Positions 1-13,993 of a DNA stretch of 64,000 bases are shown here, one piece after another. Each line of letters opens with the position of its first letter. Position 1 is the stretch's first letter. Both the position numbers and the translations under genes were made by a program. Source of the stretch: Octopus vulgaris (taxonomy: Eukaryota); the NCBI GenBank assembly GCA_951406725.2, contig OX597836.1:1798001-1862000 (forward strand), given 5' to 3'. A model generated the notes under the pieces. That model saw only the letters and a list, made by a program, of their open reading frames with translations, had not been told where the DNA came from and did no database searches.

Positions 1-96
1 TAATAAAAATTAATTCAAATTGCAAAACCGCAAACAAAAGGTAAACAAATATACGCACAGAGGAAGACAGACAATCAGATATACACACGCACATAT

Positions 97-136
97 TTGT
101 ATGTATACATGTATGTGCATGTATGTATGGATGTAA

Positions 137-214
<78 letters not shown>

Positions 215-300
215 GTACACATATATACATACATATATACCTATACTATACATATGTGCGTGTGCGTGTGTGTGTGTTTGTACGTATGTATATATATATA

Positions 301-345
<45 letters not shown>

Positions 346-360
346 GTATGAATGTATATA
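97..360. repeat. (TA)n/(TG)n/(TATG)n compound microsatellite
   Basis: Directly visible di- and tetranucleotide runs; source of the YIYIYI ORFs. Confidence 0.95.
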
Positions 361-656
361 CGTAAGTGCAGATAAACACGGAAAATAAACTCTAAAAATT
401 TGATGTTGATCACTTACTTGAGAAAATTCTAGACTTCCGAACTTTCGAACATTTCAGTCCATTGATATTAAGGTAAAACAACAACAACAACAACAACAAC
501 AACATCATCTTATTTTTAGAGCAATCTGTTTTTTTTTTATTGTTTCAATGATTTCTTTAAATGAGGTTTGATTTGTCTTTCGTTTCGATTTTCTGAGACT
601 CTTTTTCTACGTTTGTCGCAGAGAGTATAGGTGAACTGCCATTTCTCTGAGAAACA

Positions 657-771
657 ACTACTACTACTACAACTAACACCACCACCACCTACTACTACTA
701 CTACTACCACCACCACCACCACCACCACCACCACCACCACCACCACCACCACCACCACCACCACCACCACC

Positions 772-827
<56 letters not shown>

Positions 828-902
828 CACCACCACCACCACCACCACACCACCACCACCAACACCACCAACACCACCAACACCACCACCACCACCACCA
901 CC

Positions 903-972
<70 letters not shown>
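657..972. repeat. (ACT)n/(ACC)n compound trinucleotide microsatellite
   Basis: Alternating blocks of ACT and ACC repeats. Confidence 0.95.
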
Positions 973-980
973 TTGTTATG

Positions 981-1195
981 AAAGGCGGTGTGGTAGCGGA
1001 ATCGTTAGCAACACCATACAAAATGTGCTGAGCTGGTAAAATCGTTAGAAGCATTTCGTCCGTCTTTACTTTCTTACAACAAATTCCGCCGAGGTCGCCT
1101 TTGCGTTTAATCCTTCGGGGTCGATAAATTAAGTAGAAGTGTAACACTGGGATCGATGTAATCCACTGGTCCCCTCCCACAAAATTGCACGCCTA
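981..1195 (+). mobile_element. tRNA-derived SINE, family A (Meta-domain-like core)
   Basis: Head aaaggcggtgtggtagcggaatcgttagc, core aaattccgccgaggtcgcctttgcgtttaatccttcggggtcgataaattaagta, then gatcgatgtaatccact; aligns by eye to the reverse complement of 46497-46728. Confidence 0.85.
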
Positions 1196-1209
1196 CCTGT
1201 AAGGATTTT

Positions 1210-1241
1210 TATTACTATTATTATTATTATCATTATTATTA

Positions 1242-1304
<63 letters not shown>

Positions 1305-1373
1305 GTTATTATTATTATTACTATTATTGTTATTATTATATTTATTATTATTATTATTATTATTTTATTATTA

Positions 1374-1405
<32 letters not shown>

Positions 1406-1552
1406 TTTATTATCATTATTATTATTTTTATTATTTTTATTATCATTATCATCATTATTATTGTTATTTTTATTATCATCGTCATCGTCATCATTATTAT
1501 TATTTTTTTTTTTTTTACTATTTTTTGTTATCATCATCATCATTATTATTAC

Positions 1553-1612
<60 letters not shown>
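1210..1612. repeat. (ATT)n microsatellite
   Basis: About 400 bp of ATT/ATC repeats. Confidence 0.95.
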
Positions 1613-1613
<1 letters not shown>

Positions 1614-1650
1614 CAGGCTCCGTGCTGATACTTGTGTCTGTATGCCTTTA

Positions 1651-1780
1651 GAGTTCACATCCTGCAGAGGTACCGTTGCCCTTTATCCCTCTAAGGTTGA
1701 TAAAATATTGTACCAGTCAATATTAAGAGTAATTATATCGACTAACCCCTCCCCGCAAAATTACTGGCCCCTGCCTAAAT
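1651..1780 (+). mobile_element. SINE family A, degenerate fragment
   Basis: gagttcacatcctgcagagg...ggttgataaaatattgtaccag...atcgactaacccctcc matches the family A core and tail. Confidence 0.65.
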
Positions 1781-2295
1781 CGGAGACAATTATCACAATC
1801 ATTATTGTTATTTTTCTAGGAGGCGGTGTGCGGTGTTTGCATTGGAACTGCACCTATTACAGAATTCAGTCAACGCACGAACAAGATTTATCACGGTTAC
1901 TTTGAAAGGAAACATTTCTACCATGTTGTTCACGAATGGCTTTAGAAAGTTTGGTCATCAATCACGCCCAATTAGCCAGAGCTGAAGCTTAGTACTTTCA
2001 CATTTTGTTATTTTCCACATTTGTACAAAGAAATATTAATATTGAATCAAAATTGTCAGCTGTTTGGTAACAGAGAACTTACTCATCGCAAAGATTATAG
2101 CAACGATTATGCCAAGAAAGTATTAACATATTTATTTATAACTCTAAGCGTAAGTCACAACAGAATAGTCAAGCACATTTGTAAACAGCTATGTACACTT
2201 TAACTTGTAAAAGTAGGTACTTCGTAGAGGAAATTTTCGAAATAGGAGCACAACCGGACATTTGTGAATTCTCGAAAAGAAAAATTACAAATCCC

Positions 2296-2454
2296 GGTGC
2301 GGATGTGGGAGTGGGTTAAAAAGTTTGCTCCCGGACCACATGGTTCAGAGTTCTGTTCTATTGCGTGGCACCTTGAACAAGTGTCTTCTACTATGGCCTC
2401 AAGCCGACCAAAGCCTTGTAAAGGGATTTGATAAACGGAAACTAAAAGCCCGTC

Positions 2455-2460
<6 letters not shown>
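2296..2460 (+). mobile_element. tRNA-derived SINE family B (CORE-like), 5' half
   Basis: accacatggttc...gcgtggcaccttgaacaagtgtcttctactatggcctcaagccgaccaaagccttg...ggaaactaaaagcccgtcgtatat; same motif string as 32685-33056 and the reverse complement of 28803-29218. Confidence 0.85.
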
Positions 2461-2516
<56 letters not shown>

Positions 2517-3354
2517 ATATATATCTTGGTCCACAGCTTAATTATTGTGCCATGTCTATGAAGTTATTTTGGAAGAACCCAAGAAAAGCACACCCAATAT
2601 AGAAAAGGAAAGAGAGTCGAGTTTTGTAGCGGTGAGTTTATACTGAATGTCACTACCCATATCCAAATAAACCATACATCAATTCACATTGTTAATTAAT
2701 CCCCCCCACCACCACCACCACAAACGTCTTCACCAAACTTAAGCTCGATGCCCAGATTCTTGAAATGTGTGCGGAAATATCTCCAAGATTTGGATCTCGA
2801 CTAGCCTCAATGGAATTGGTGTGCCGAAGCAATACAGAGCTTGTCACCTCCAGAGTGTGAAGAATTACACAAATGGTTGAAATGTCCGTCATTCAAAAGT
2901 CATTCTTACCTATGGCCTCACTGAATATAGGGCATATCTAAAGTATTCAATTTTCTTCTTAACTCATTTCTTACCATATTTCTGTTCAAACACACTTTTC
3001 CCTCTCAATGTTTTATTAATGAAAAATTTGCTAATACATTTTCGTTGATGTAATCTTACCATGCTACATGAGCGTAAAACACGAATTTGGCCAATCAATT
3101 TCTACGTTAATGGCTAGCGTTCTCCGCCACATACTTACTTTCAAAATAAACTACTTTCCAAATAAAATATCAATGACTAGAATAGACATATTTCGTGACA
3201 CAGCTCTATATTCTATACAATTTTGAAAATCTATTGTGAAACCGATAAAGTATATTCCTATATTTGAAAATGTAATTGAATTCTAATTAATTTTGATTTA
3301 TTTTATTTGCATTTTCACCTCCATATCTTATTATATGTGTGATCGTGTGTTAAT

Positions 3355-3558
3355 GTGTGTGTGTGTGTCTGTATGTTCAGCACCGCTTGACGACCGGTGT
3401 TGTTTTGTTACGTCTCCGTAGCTTAGCAAACAAGCAAAAGAACCGATAGAATAAATACCAAGCTTTAAAAGTACCTATGTCGATTCGTTCGACTAAATAT
3501 CTTTAAAGCAGTGCCCCAGGATGGCCGCAGAGCACTGACTGAAAGAGATAAAAGATTA
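3355..3558 (+). mobile_element. SINE family B, 3' half
   Basis: accgcttgacgaccggtg...gaaccgatagaataaatacc...gtcgattcgttcgactaaa...gccccaggatggccgcag...actgaaagagataaaag. Confidence 0.85.
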
Positions 3559-3631
3559 ACGATACTTTGATGTCCCAGAAATTCAAGACGGAAATGTCGG
3601 CCAGGAACATGGCATAACTTTTTTTCTCCTT

Positions 3632-3855
3632 CAAACCCTTGAGCTTTCAAATTAATTTATCAAATGTAACGCTTGTTTATTTACATTAAAATCAATCATT
3701 CATTATTTTGTAGCTTAAGATTTTGAAGACGTGATTATTCGTTTTTAGAACGACATTGCTGGGTAGAAGAGAGAGACTGAAACTGGTGAATTTTAAAATA
3801 AAACAGGTAGAATATTTGGGCCACATATGGCTCTTTTTAAATGCTGAAGGGTTAA
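3632..3855. mobile_element. MITE with piggyBac-like (TTAA)CCC...GGG(TTAA) ends
   Basis: Left end aaacccttgagc, right end atgctgaagggttaa; a diverged reverse-complement copy lies at 49655-49867. Confidence 0.65.
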
Positions 3856-4569
3856 AAGAGAAAACCCTGGTCGATATGTGGCACGGAAATCTTGACCATC
3901 AACTAAAACTGGTTGTATGGGAGTGTGTAGAGACACGTTTAACCATAACAGGGAAAATCTAAGATACAAAGAAACTACAGCAGCAAAAGCATCCTCAACT
4001 ATATTCTCTCTCTCTCTCTTTCTCTGTGTTTCTCTCTCCTTCCCTTCGTGAATAAGGACAAACCTTCGAAACGTCACTTGAATGACCCCTTACTGCAATT
4101 CAGCTCAGAGTAATTTATTTATTTTTTTCCTATGAATATTTATGAATTCATTACAATCGTTAGTTGTTCTGTGATCAAACTCCTCAAAGTTCGATAATGT
4201 CTTTCATCCTTTTGGTGATGGTCGATAAAATATGGCCCAGTGAAATATTCTCGCCAACTGAATCCACTGCCAGCCTCTCCACACCACTACCCAGCCTCCT
4301 CCCAATGCCACTAAATCTTGTGTTCTTCCGCCAAAATCAGAGTCCATTATTCCACTAATTAATCTTATTAGTTGTTAGTTTTATAATTAACCACTGCACA
4401 ACCATAGGAAATAATGACCGGATTTTTGAATAGCAGTAATCAAGTCAATTAGAGCTGATACTACATGTCCAACCATCAGCTACCATTACTGACGCTACTT
4501 ACCACGCTACTGCTTTTGCTACCACAACCAGTAGTAGGGTCAACACCGTTAGCACTCAACTAATACTAT

Positions 4570-5560
4570 TACCACCACCACCACCACCACCACCACCACC
4601 ACCACCACTAATGCCACAAGCACCTCCATAACTACCACCGCAGCCACCAGCAACATCACCAGAAAAAACACCACCACCACTACCACCATCTACCCCTCCA
4701 TTACCACCACAACCACCACCACCATCACCACTACTGCCACCAGTACTATCACCAGAAAAACCCACCACAACCACTAACACCACCACAACCAGCACAGCCA
4801 CCCCCACCACCATCACCAGTAAAAACCACCGCCACCACCACCCCCACTGCTACCACCAGCACTATCACCATCCAGCAAAACCCACCACCACGACTACCAT
4901 CACCGCCACTTCCACCAACACCAACACCAAGACACTCCAGCACCACAAGTACCTCCAAAACTCTACCACTCTCACTATGCCAAAGTTTCAGTAACTCTAC
5001 TACCCTTCCACACCACCACCACAACCATCACCATCACCATCACCACAACCACCACTACTTTTACATCCAACTCCAATACGGTTCCCACTGCCACATAACT
5101 GCTACCAACACTATCCACTATCACTACCATTGCCCACCACCACCATCACCACTGGACGTACTTTCAACTCCAACCGCGACTACCTCTACAACCCCAACAA
5201 TACTATCACAAACATCGTTAACGTCAACATAACTACCACTGCTCTACTACTACCTCTATGCTACTACTATAATCACCAGAGAATCAACTGCACCACAACT
5301 ACCACCGCAAATACCGGCTCAGCTACAGCAACGACATTATCACCAGTGGCTCTAATGCAACCGCTACCACCACCACCACCACCGCCACCACTACCACCAC
5401 CACCACCACCACTACCACCACCACCATTGCCGCCACAACTACCTCCGCCAGCACCACGGTCGCCACCACTACCACCACCACCACCACCGCCACAACTACC
5501 TCCAGCGCCATCAATGCCTCCAACACCAACAATGCCACCACAAAAAAAATATAGAATAAC
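4570..5560. repeat. Degenerate (ACC)-based low-complexity tract
   Basis: About 1 kb of decayed ACC/ACT/GCC triplets, giving Pro-, Gly- and Val-rich pseudo-ORFs in several frames. Confidence 0.9.
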
Positions 5561-5666
5561 ATTGTCTTCAAAAACCTCCACCTTGCGTCTTTGAGGGGTT
5601 TGCACATCATTACAATTGCTCTTAGCATCGTCGAAAACATAGCAACACAGCCGCTATCACCAAATT

Positions 5667-5855
5667 ACCGGACAAACCGCTTAGAAACGTTTCGTCCGCC
5701 TTTGTGTTGTGCGTTCAGATTTTACCGTAGTCGACTTTACCTTCCATTCATTGGGTATCGATAAAATATGTACCAGATGAGCGGTTGGGTTGATGAAATC
5801 GACTTGGCCTGTCTCCCCTAATTTGTTGGCCTTGTGCCAAAATTTGAGACCAATA
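5667..5855 (+). mobile_element. SINE family A copy
   Basis: tttcgtccgcctttg...gtcgactttaccttccattcattgggtatcgataaaatatgtaccag...aaatcgactt...ggccttgtgccaaaatttg. Confidence 0.8.
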
Positions 5856-6814
5856 TTATCAAATTTGTTGTTTTATGAGTGAATCTTTAGGTTTTGTGTT
5901 CAAATCTCATCGATGTAAACTTTGCTTTAAATAGAATATTTTAAAAAATTATTGTAGAAAATAATTTGTAGAATTGACTTCGGTTTCCTTATGTTTGGGG
6001 TTCAGTTCTTCCCGAAATCAATTCTGTAATTCCTTCTCTTTAGCGTTGACGAAACAAAGTTGCACTCATATATTTGGTTCGATCTGTTAAGGTATTCACA
6101 TCCTCCAATATTCTGAGCCGTTTGCCTATATTAGAAATTATAGACCAAATCTTTTGCGCGTCAGTAAAACAGGCCTTCGGATTTTGGTTCGGTTCTTTCG
6201 ATTCTTTGTTCAAAACCTGTCGGCGTGAAACTTACCTTCCATGCCTCAGGGGCCGATATAATAATAAAAATAATTAGGGACTCTTTGAATACTGAACCAC
6301 ATGTAACAGTCTAACTCGTCTTCTTCAAACTGCTGGCCTTGCAACTAGAACCCCCGATATCATTATACCCAATTCCTCTTCTTCGTTTTCTCTCTCTCTC
6401 TCTCTCTCCATTCTCCTTCCCTTCTTTTCCCCCTTACTCCCTTCGCATCCTCTTACTTCTCCTCCTCTCCATCAACGTTATTTATCCCCTAATGGTGTTT
6501 TCTGATTGATCAGTTTACACAAGTCGCCATCTTTAACGATGTACTTATTAACATTCTCCGTCTTTGTCACACAGCAAACTGGTAGAATGCGGTAAAAATT
6601 AGAGAGGGAAGCGAGGGAGGAGGAGGCGAAGTAAGTAAGAGGTGGGGGGTAGGGTCATTCACTTTGTTCCTTTGGCTTAATAACTTTGAATTATTCTCTC
6701 AATGGTGGCTTTTAACAGTTCTAAATATTACACTCAAGCTCCAAGCACTAATTTTCCTGAAATTCTTTAATTGGTTACCATTCATTTCAGTTCGTTTATT
6801 CATTTCAAACTAAC

Positions 6815-7100
6815 CTCTCTCTCTTTCTGTCTGTCTCTCTCTCTCTCTGTCTGTGTCTGTGTTTGTCTCTCTCTCTCTCCTTCTTTCTCTTCCACCCTGT
6901 CTCTCTGCCCCCCTCTCTCTCTTTCTCTCTCTCTTTGTCTCTCTCTCTCCTTCTTTCTCTTCCACCTTGTCTCTCTGTCTCTCTCTCTCTGTCTTTGTTT
7001 ATCTCTCATTCTTGCTTTCTCTTCCACTCTGTCTCTCTCGGTGCCTCTATCTGCCTCTCTCTTCCTCGACTCTCTTTCTCTCTCTCGCTCTCTGTCTCTC
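6815..7100. repeat. (CT)n-rich polypyrimidine tract
   Basis: CT/CTGT repeats with recurring tctcttccac sub-units. Confidence 0.9.
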
Positions 7101-7614
7101 CCATGAGACAATAATTAACAATAACTACCAATATTGAAATGAAATTGCGTCTCTCCACTCCATTCCACCCCGTTCTCACCACCACTCTCGCCATTTTCAC
7201 AACAGACTAGCATTTCTAAATTAACCTGTACACACTTCTAACACAACCATTCCGTTCGTCGTAGAAAATGGCGGCCGCGTATGGTAGGAAAGACTGTTGT
7301 TCTTGTTATTATTACTGCTGTTGTTGCTGTTGTTGTTGCTGTTGTAGTGTAGCTGCTGTTCAGCTTTAATCTAGCATACATATTGATCAAAAGCGTCCCA
7401 GCCGTGACTATCTGCTTATATAAAAGACTCAGTTTCTTTCGAAATAAATTCTCTCATGTTCTCCATATATTACGTTTGTAGCCCTAGGTAAGTCTACACC
7501 AGCCACAAAAGCTTTATACAACCAAACCCCCCGCCTCGTTTTAATTGTCGAGTTGTATGAAGAAATTTATCGTCAAATGTGTCTCTTTTGGCAATTGTCT
7601 TTATCTCATCTTTC

Positions 7615-7950
7615 ATCTTCATTCGTTTCTGTCATTTGACTGCGGTCAAGCTGGAGCAACTCCTTGAAGAATTTTAGTCGAATGAATCGATAGTAGGACA
7701 TATATTTAGCCTGGTGCATATCCAATCAATCTCTTTTTCCATACAACTAATTCCTCCTCAGACGAATCACATTCTGGGGAACAATACCTCAATTTCTCCC
7801 AACTTCTCGCGCGACGCCCCTCCATTACACAAGAGGTAAAACGTCGCTCCACCAAGAGAGCCAAAACATAGGTGTGTACCAAACAAATCCATCAATGCAA
7901 CTGAACAACCATTAACCGGAAGCAAGCTTCTTACCACACAGCCACCCATT
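7615..7950 (-). mobile_element. SINE family B, degenerate and interrupted
   Basis: gtcatttgactgcggtcaagctggagca...ttagtcgaatgaatcga (3' end, reversed) and gaagcaagcttcttaccacacagccac (head, reversed). Confidence 0.7.
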
Positions 7951-9280
7951 CGCCATCGTTCCTGATGCTTTACTGCTATTCAGCTCTCAGTGAAGTGACA
8001 TTTGACTCAAATACGTTCCCACCGTGTCAAACCAGTCCTTTTATACATATTTTGTTTGGCTTTTATAATCGCTAAACTCTTATTTTCGAGTTCGAATACT
8101 GTTTATTCCTCAACGACCCACCTACGCTGCTCTGACGAGTCTAGCTTAGAAAATCAGTTAATTAAAAATGTAGCTAATTGGTTTTCTGTTTTTCTTTTTT
8201 ATATTTTAGACATTTGTGCGAGTGCATCATTCGGTCACATCATTCGGGATACGTCGAGAAAGGAGAAATTGCCTCGAAACCTGACGCATAGCTAGAAGTT
8301 TTTTCAGAGAGGAGCGTGAATTGAAAGCATCATGGACCACAGTGTCTGAGGAAGACAGCTTGTATTACACCGGACGAAGGCCGAAGTTTACCATCCAAAA
8401 ACAGGCTCAAAGGAGTCTTCGTTTTTTAAGAAACTTTCATACAATTTTCGCCAAACCTCGAAAAGCACCCAATCTGAGAATTTTAAGAAAACAGTTGGAT
8501 AAGTTTCGGCAGAAAGAGCTGCAAGCCCCAAATTACGTAATCTGGAACCGAACATCTTAAATATAATCTTCATTTCTCTATTTCGAGGAAATAGCTAAGA
8601 AATGGCATTTGTTTTGATATTGTAGAGATTTCATGGATTTCGGGATTTTTAATATGCATTTGCTAAGCGATCGGTACTTTAACATGTTGCACCCCTCCCG
8701 TACATATTCATCTAACAATTATATTAATCGTACACAATTAGGTAATTAACCATTTCAAATCTAACTTTGGGTCTTTTATCAAGTTTAGAAATTTCAGTAA
8801 GGAAATAAATTTGTTCATTAAACATTCAATGAACACTTTCCAACTGCTCATTCCGAATTTTATTATGTGAATTGAAATATGTATATATTGTTCATTCATG
8901 CATACATATATACCTACATACGTACGTACGTACGTACGTACATGCATACATACACACATAAACACACACATATTAAAATGCAGATTTACAAAGCACACAT
9001 AGGTACAAATATAGAGATTTATATGTATATATTTGTATCCATATACATTTTCATGTATATAATATACACACACACACAGATTCAGGAACACACAAACATA
9101 CACACATATGTACACACATCATCATAAATACACACAGGTACTTAGAAAATTGCTTCTTAATCTTAAACGAGTGTCATTCACAAAAGGTTTTATGAAAATT
9201 TACGAACAATTATGAAAATCTTGGTGCTACGCCATGAGTTCCCACAGGAGAGAAATTTAGGAGAAAATCATGTTTACAGC

Positions 9281-9520
<240 letters not shown>

Positions 9521-9605
9521 ACATAATAACGCCGATAGGAGAAAAGGTTAGGAGGTAGAGAAGAGAAGAGAAAACAATAAAATGATGAAGGATGTCTATA
9601 TTATA

Positions 9606-9797
9606 GTGGAAGAGAGTGGCTTAGTGGTTAGGGTGTTGATCGTAAGATTGTGGTTTCGATTCTTGGAACAGGTGACCTGTTGTGTTATTGAGCAAAGCAC
9701 TTCATTTCACGTTGCACCTGACCACGCAGCTACCGAAAATGTTTAATCTTGCGAGGGACTGGCGTCCCGTCCAGGTGGCGCAATACATACGCCATCG
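9606..9797 (+). mobile_element. tRNA-derived SINE family D
   Basis: A box gtggcttagtggttaggg, B-box-like gtggtttcgattct, CORE-like gtgttattgagcaaagcacttc, and 3' gcgagggactggcgtcccgtccagg. Confidence 0.75.
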
Positions 9798-9799
9798 AA

Positions 9800-9935
9800 C
9801 AACAATAGACATGTATTTGAAAAACAAGCAGGTGTATTAGTTTTACACTCGGGAAATTGAGGAAGTATTTTACGCTTCGAGACTACGCTCGTCAACAGAA
9901 TGGAATCACAGAAAATATACAGAGAGAGAATTAAA
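9800..9935 (-). mobile_element. Penelope-like terminal repeat fragment (same family as 33220-33435)
   Basis: aacaagcaggtgtattagttttacactcgggaa...ttttacgcttcgagactacgctcgtcaacagaa aligns with 33265-33341. Confidence 0.6.
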
Positions 9936-9985
9936 AGAATTTGTGGATCTAAAAGAGGGAAAAAAGAGGGAAAGGCAAGAGGAAG

Positions 9986-10051
<66 letters not shown>

Positions 10052-10080
10052 TAGCTATGTATGTGTGTGCGTCTGACTGT

Positions 10081-10124
<44 letters not shown>

Positions 10125-11899
10125 GTATATATGTATATATTTATGTGTATATATGTATGTATATATGTATGTAAGTGTGTTTATGTATATATATGTAAAG
10201 CGAAGCACCAGCTGAAGGACCACTCAATACTTGGCAGTTTTGTTGATCGCTAACAGTCAGCCGGAGTCAACGTCCACTGGATTCTTTTCTTCATATAATC
10301 CATACATCCATAAACCCCTCGCACACACACGCACACACACACACACATACGTACTCAAACATTCCCACACACATATATTCACGCGTTCTCTCCACCGCCT
10401 AACGCTATTCCTTATATCTTACAAATATATGTTCTGCTTTATAAACATAAAAATAACATCATTGATGTGGGAATATTATTACACAGAATCGTTATATAAA
10501 CAATCGTTATCATCAATACTGGTGTGTTTGCTCTCCTCGTGATGTTTTCACTCCGATTTACATCGAGCTAAATATATACTTGAGCTATATACATATATAT
10601 ATATATACTTGTATTTATTACCATTGCTACTCATTGGCTATCTATAGTTCTGCAAAGGAAATACCTTTCTAATTGTAATATCCTCCTACATTGTTTTACA
10701 AGGAAATATCCTTCTAAAATTACCATTAGAACCGAAAATACTTCTTAAAGAAACTCTTTTGTCTTTAATAGTGGTGTACTTCCCTATAATGTAGTATTTC
10801 CCCCTTTTCTTTTCCGCCCTCTTAAGACATGTGTTCACTGGACAGTTACCAAGGTGCCACATGTGTCTTAGGGACTCAATACTGATCAATGTCTGCTGTG
10901 GCTTGCTGTCAAGAAATAAATACTCTAAGACCTGGTCTATTGATTTACCCGGGGGCCTATAAAGTTCCTATTCCTTTCTTACATATTTAGTGTACATATT
11001 TCATAAGGGTACCTATAACATTAACTTTCTTACATAATTACTAATCATATTTCATATTTTTCTAGTTTTTCTCGTGCCTTTTAAATGCATATATAATTTA
11101 TTGTTTTATTCTGATTAAAGAGATTGCCTAAATATTTTCTTCAAGTAACATTTGGACGTTTTAACAAAAAACAAACCTTGGGCCAATATAAGAAGTGTGC
11201 AACCGTAATATTATTTGCGGCCGGAAATTTCTTGCGATCTCAGGAAATATTTAAATTGAAGACTAGCATTCACATTCTGAACGGGACCAGTAACGAAATT
11301 TATAACCAGTGAGAAATTTCCTAAAAGACCGCGTGACTATCCATTAACTCTAATCTGACTTTGTGGTTGACGAAAAACCTCCTTCCGATGCCTCATAGCT
11401 TTATTGCTATTTGCAGAAGACAACGAGAGAATAATCACAGTTTGACATTTAATCGTAGCCACTTCAATTTTTATAAAGTCCGCTTAAATTGCTATGAAAA
11501 TGAGATATGCAATATCTAAAAATGAAACGCACCTCAAATTATTTGAATGTAGTTCTGCATACGCTACATCTGAAAAACAATCAGGATGGCTATGGTTGGA
11601 ACGACTTTGTTCGTATGGTTCTTTTATAAGTGCTGATCTTGTGCAACTCAACAATAAAAATTAAAGTCATTTGTAATTTTTCAAAGTATCAGTTGTTTGA
11701 GTTAACAGCAAGATGCGGGAAAATGTTCTGTGCTGAACCTTAGTCTTCAGAAGTTTGTATGTAAAACAGCGCCATTGAAAAGAACGGAGATTATTGTACG
11801 TAACTTTAGCGCTGCCAACATGGTTTACAGGAATTTTTGTCGAATTCTCAAGTTGAAACATGTCTGAAGTTTCATCCATAGACCCGAGACTTGTTTCGT

Positions 11900-12255
11900 T
11901 TATCTTTTAATTATTTCAGTCATTCAACTGCGGCCATGCTGGGGCACCGGCTTAGAGAATTTTAGTCGAATGTACCGACCCCTGTACATATTGTTTTTTT
12001 CTAATGTGGTACTTATTCCAGAGGACGCTTTTGGCCGAACCGCTAAGTTACTGGGACATAAACACACCAAAAACAATTGTCGAACGGTGGAAGGGGACAA
12101 ATACAAAGAAAAAGACGCACACACACACACATATATATATATAATCAAAGGGATTCTTTCAGTTTCCGTCTACTAAAGGTACTCACATGGCATTGATTGG
12201 CCCGAGGTGATATTAAAAAACACTAGCCGAGTGGACCAGGCAGTGAGAGTGAAGT
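11900..12255 (-). mobile_element. SINE family B, near full length
   Basis: actgcggccatgctggggcacc...gccgaaccgctaagttac...internal (CA)n(TA)n...ctttcagtttccgtctac...ggcccgagg. Confidence 0.85.
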
Positions 12256-12589
12256 CGGTAAATATGTCTACATTATCTAAATCATGCACTTATACGTTGT
12301 AGTTTTAAAGATGATAATTAAAGAAGGATTTCGAAGATTTGGCTTCTGTTTCTTGCAGGTCGTGTGACTACATATAGGCTCCCTTAAAGACATTTAGTTT
12401 GCCAGAAACTAATATTTCGAAGCTTCGAGTTGGAGCTTGGCTCGCATTTAATTGGAAACAAACAATCGTTGGAACAACTCCTCAATGTAACGAGGTGGGG
12501 GTTTGATTTAAAAGTTAATCAGGAACATAACATAATTATTTCATATTCCCTTTGCCCTCACACACACACACACACGCGCACACCGATCA

Positions 12590-12693
12590 CCACTACCACC
12601 ACCACCACCACCACTACCACCACTACCACCACCACTACCACCACCACTACCACCACCACTACCACTACCACCACCACCACCACCACCACCACC
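12590..12693. repeat. (ACC/ACT)n microsatellite
   Basis: Directly visible. Confidence 0.95.
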
Positions 12694-12892
12694 ATTTGTA
12701 CCAGAACTACTTTCTCCTTACTCAGCCCAGTATTTAATAAATCATGCGCTCTTTCAAAATTCCCAACTATAATTAGCGCCATCAGACGACCTCACCTGAC
12801 TCTCGTCGTCTTCTCGGTTTACTTTTTCTCTTAATTATTATTAATTACTTTCTATGCAAGAAGTCAACACTTTTATGTAAAAAAACACTGAT

Positions 12893-12955
12893 ATTATTAT
12901 TATTATTATTATCATTATTATTATCATCATTATTCATGATATTATTACTGTTATT

Positions 12956-13010
<55 letters not shown>

Positions 13011-13063
13011 CATTGCTACAGCTGCTGGTGTTGCTGCTGCCACTGCTGTTGTTGTTGTTGGTG

Positions 13064-13110
<47 letters not shown>

Positions 13111-13170
13111 TTTAGTAGTAGTAGTAGTAGTAGTAGTAGCAACAGCAGTAGTAGTAGTGGTGGTAGTAGT
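12893..13170. repeat. (ATT)n, (ACT)n and (AGT/GGT)n compound microsatellite
   Basis: An ACT tract is followed by its reverse-complement AGT tract. Confidence 0.9.
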
Positions 13171-13425
13171 CATGGGCTAGAAGGAAGAAGAGAAAAATCT
13201 AAAAGTCATTCGGTGCATTTTTTAAACATGTATTGCCAATTTGAATCAAGTAAACTTGTATTGGAATCGACTAAATTTCAGACAATTTCTTCCTTAAATC
13301 ATCTTTTGAAAAGGAACTTCATTACAGCTGTCATAGTTACATGTTTAAATCTGTCTCTGTGCGAGTGTATACATTTCTAGACACACACACACATGCATAT
13401 ATGTATACATACATATATAAAAATA

Positions 13426-13515
<90 letters not shown>

Positions 13516-13869
13516 TGTTACCCACTTTTGTCTTGGCTTGTAACCCCTAAGTCCCTTTTTTGCTGTATATGTATTGTTTTCGTGTGGCCTTAAGCCTTTA
13601 TTTTGTTTATTGTTTTGTTCTCCTTCATCCCTTTCCTACCCATCTCGTTTTGTTTTGCTCCCATTCCCGGCAAGTTTCTCACCGGTGCCTCCAGAGTGGA
13701 AGCAATATTATCGATAATGGCCGAAATTGCACTTGACCCTTCTGTCGGTAACTAAAAAGGAGTTGCTGACCTTCGATGCTTTCGGTTCGCCTGTCTATTT
13801 AGTATATATTCTTATGTTTATTTACTGCACGTGGTTTGGAATTATACACACAGACACACACACACACAC

Positions 13870-13908
<39 letters not shown>

Positions 13909-13993
13909 CATGTACGTCATATGTTTTGTTGTTTTTTATTTAATCCTAAAATATATATATAAGTAGATCTATATGCCCACATACATGCAGCGT

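Noticed and set aside
2648-2665. Partial resemblance to miR-71 on the minus strand (atgggtagtga)
   Set aside because: Seed region absent and no precursor hairpin.
5130-5640. Pro-rich (formin/extensin-like) and Gly-rich ORFs
   Set aside because: Translations of a decayed ACC tract open in several frames on both strands; no flanking domain.
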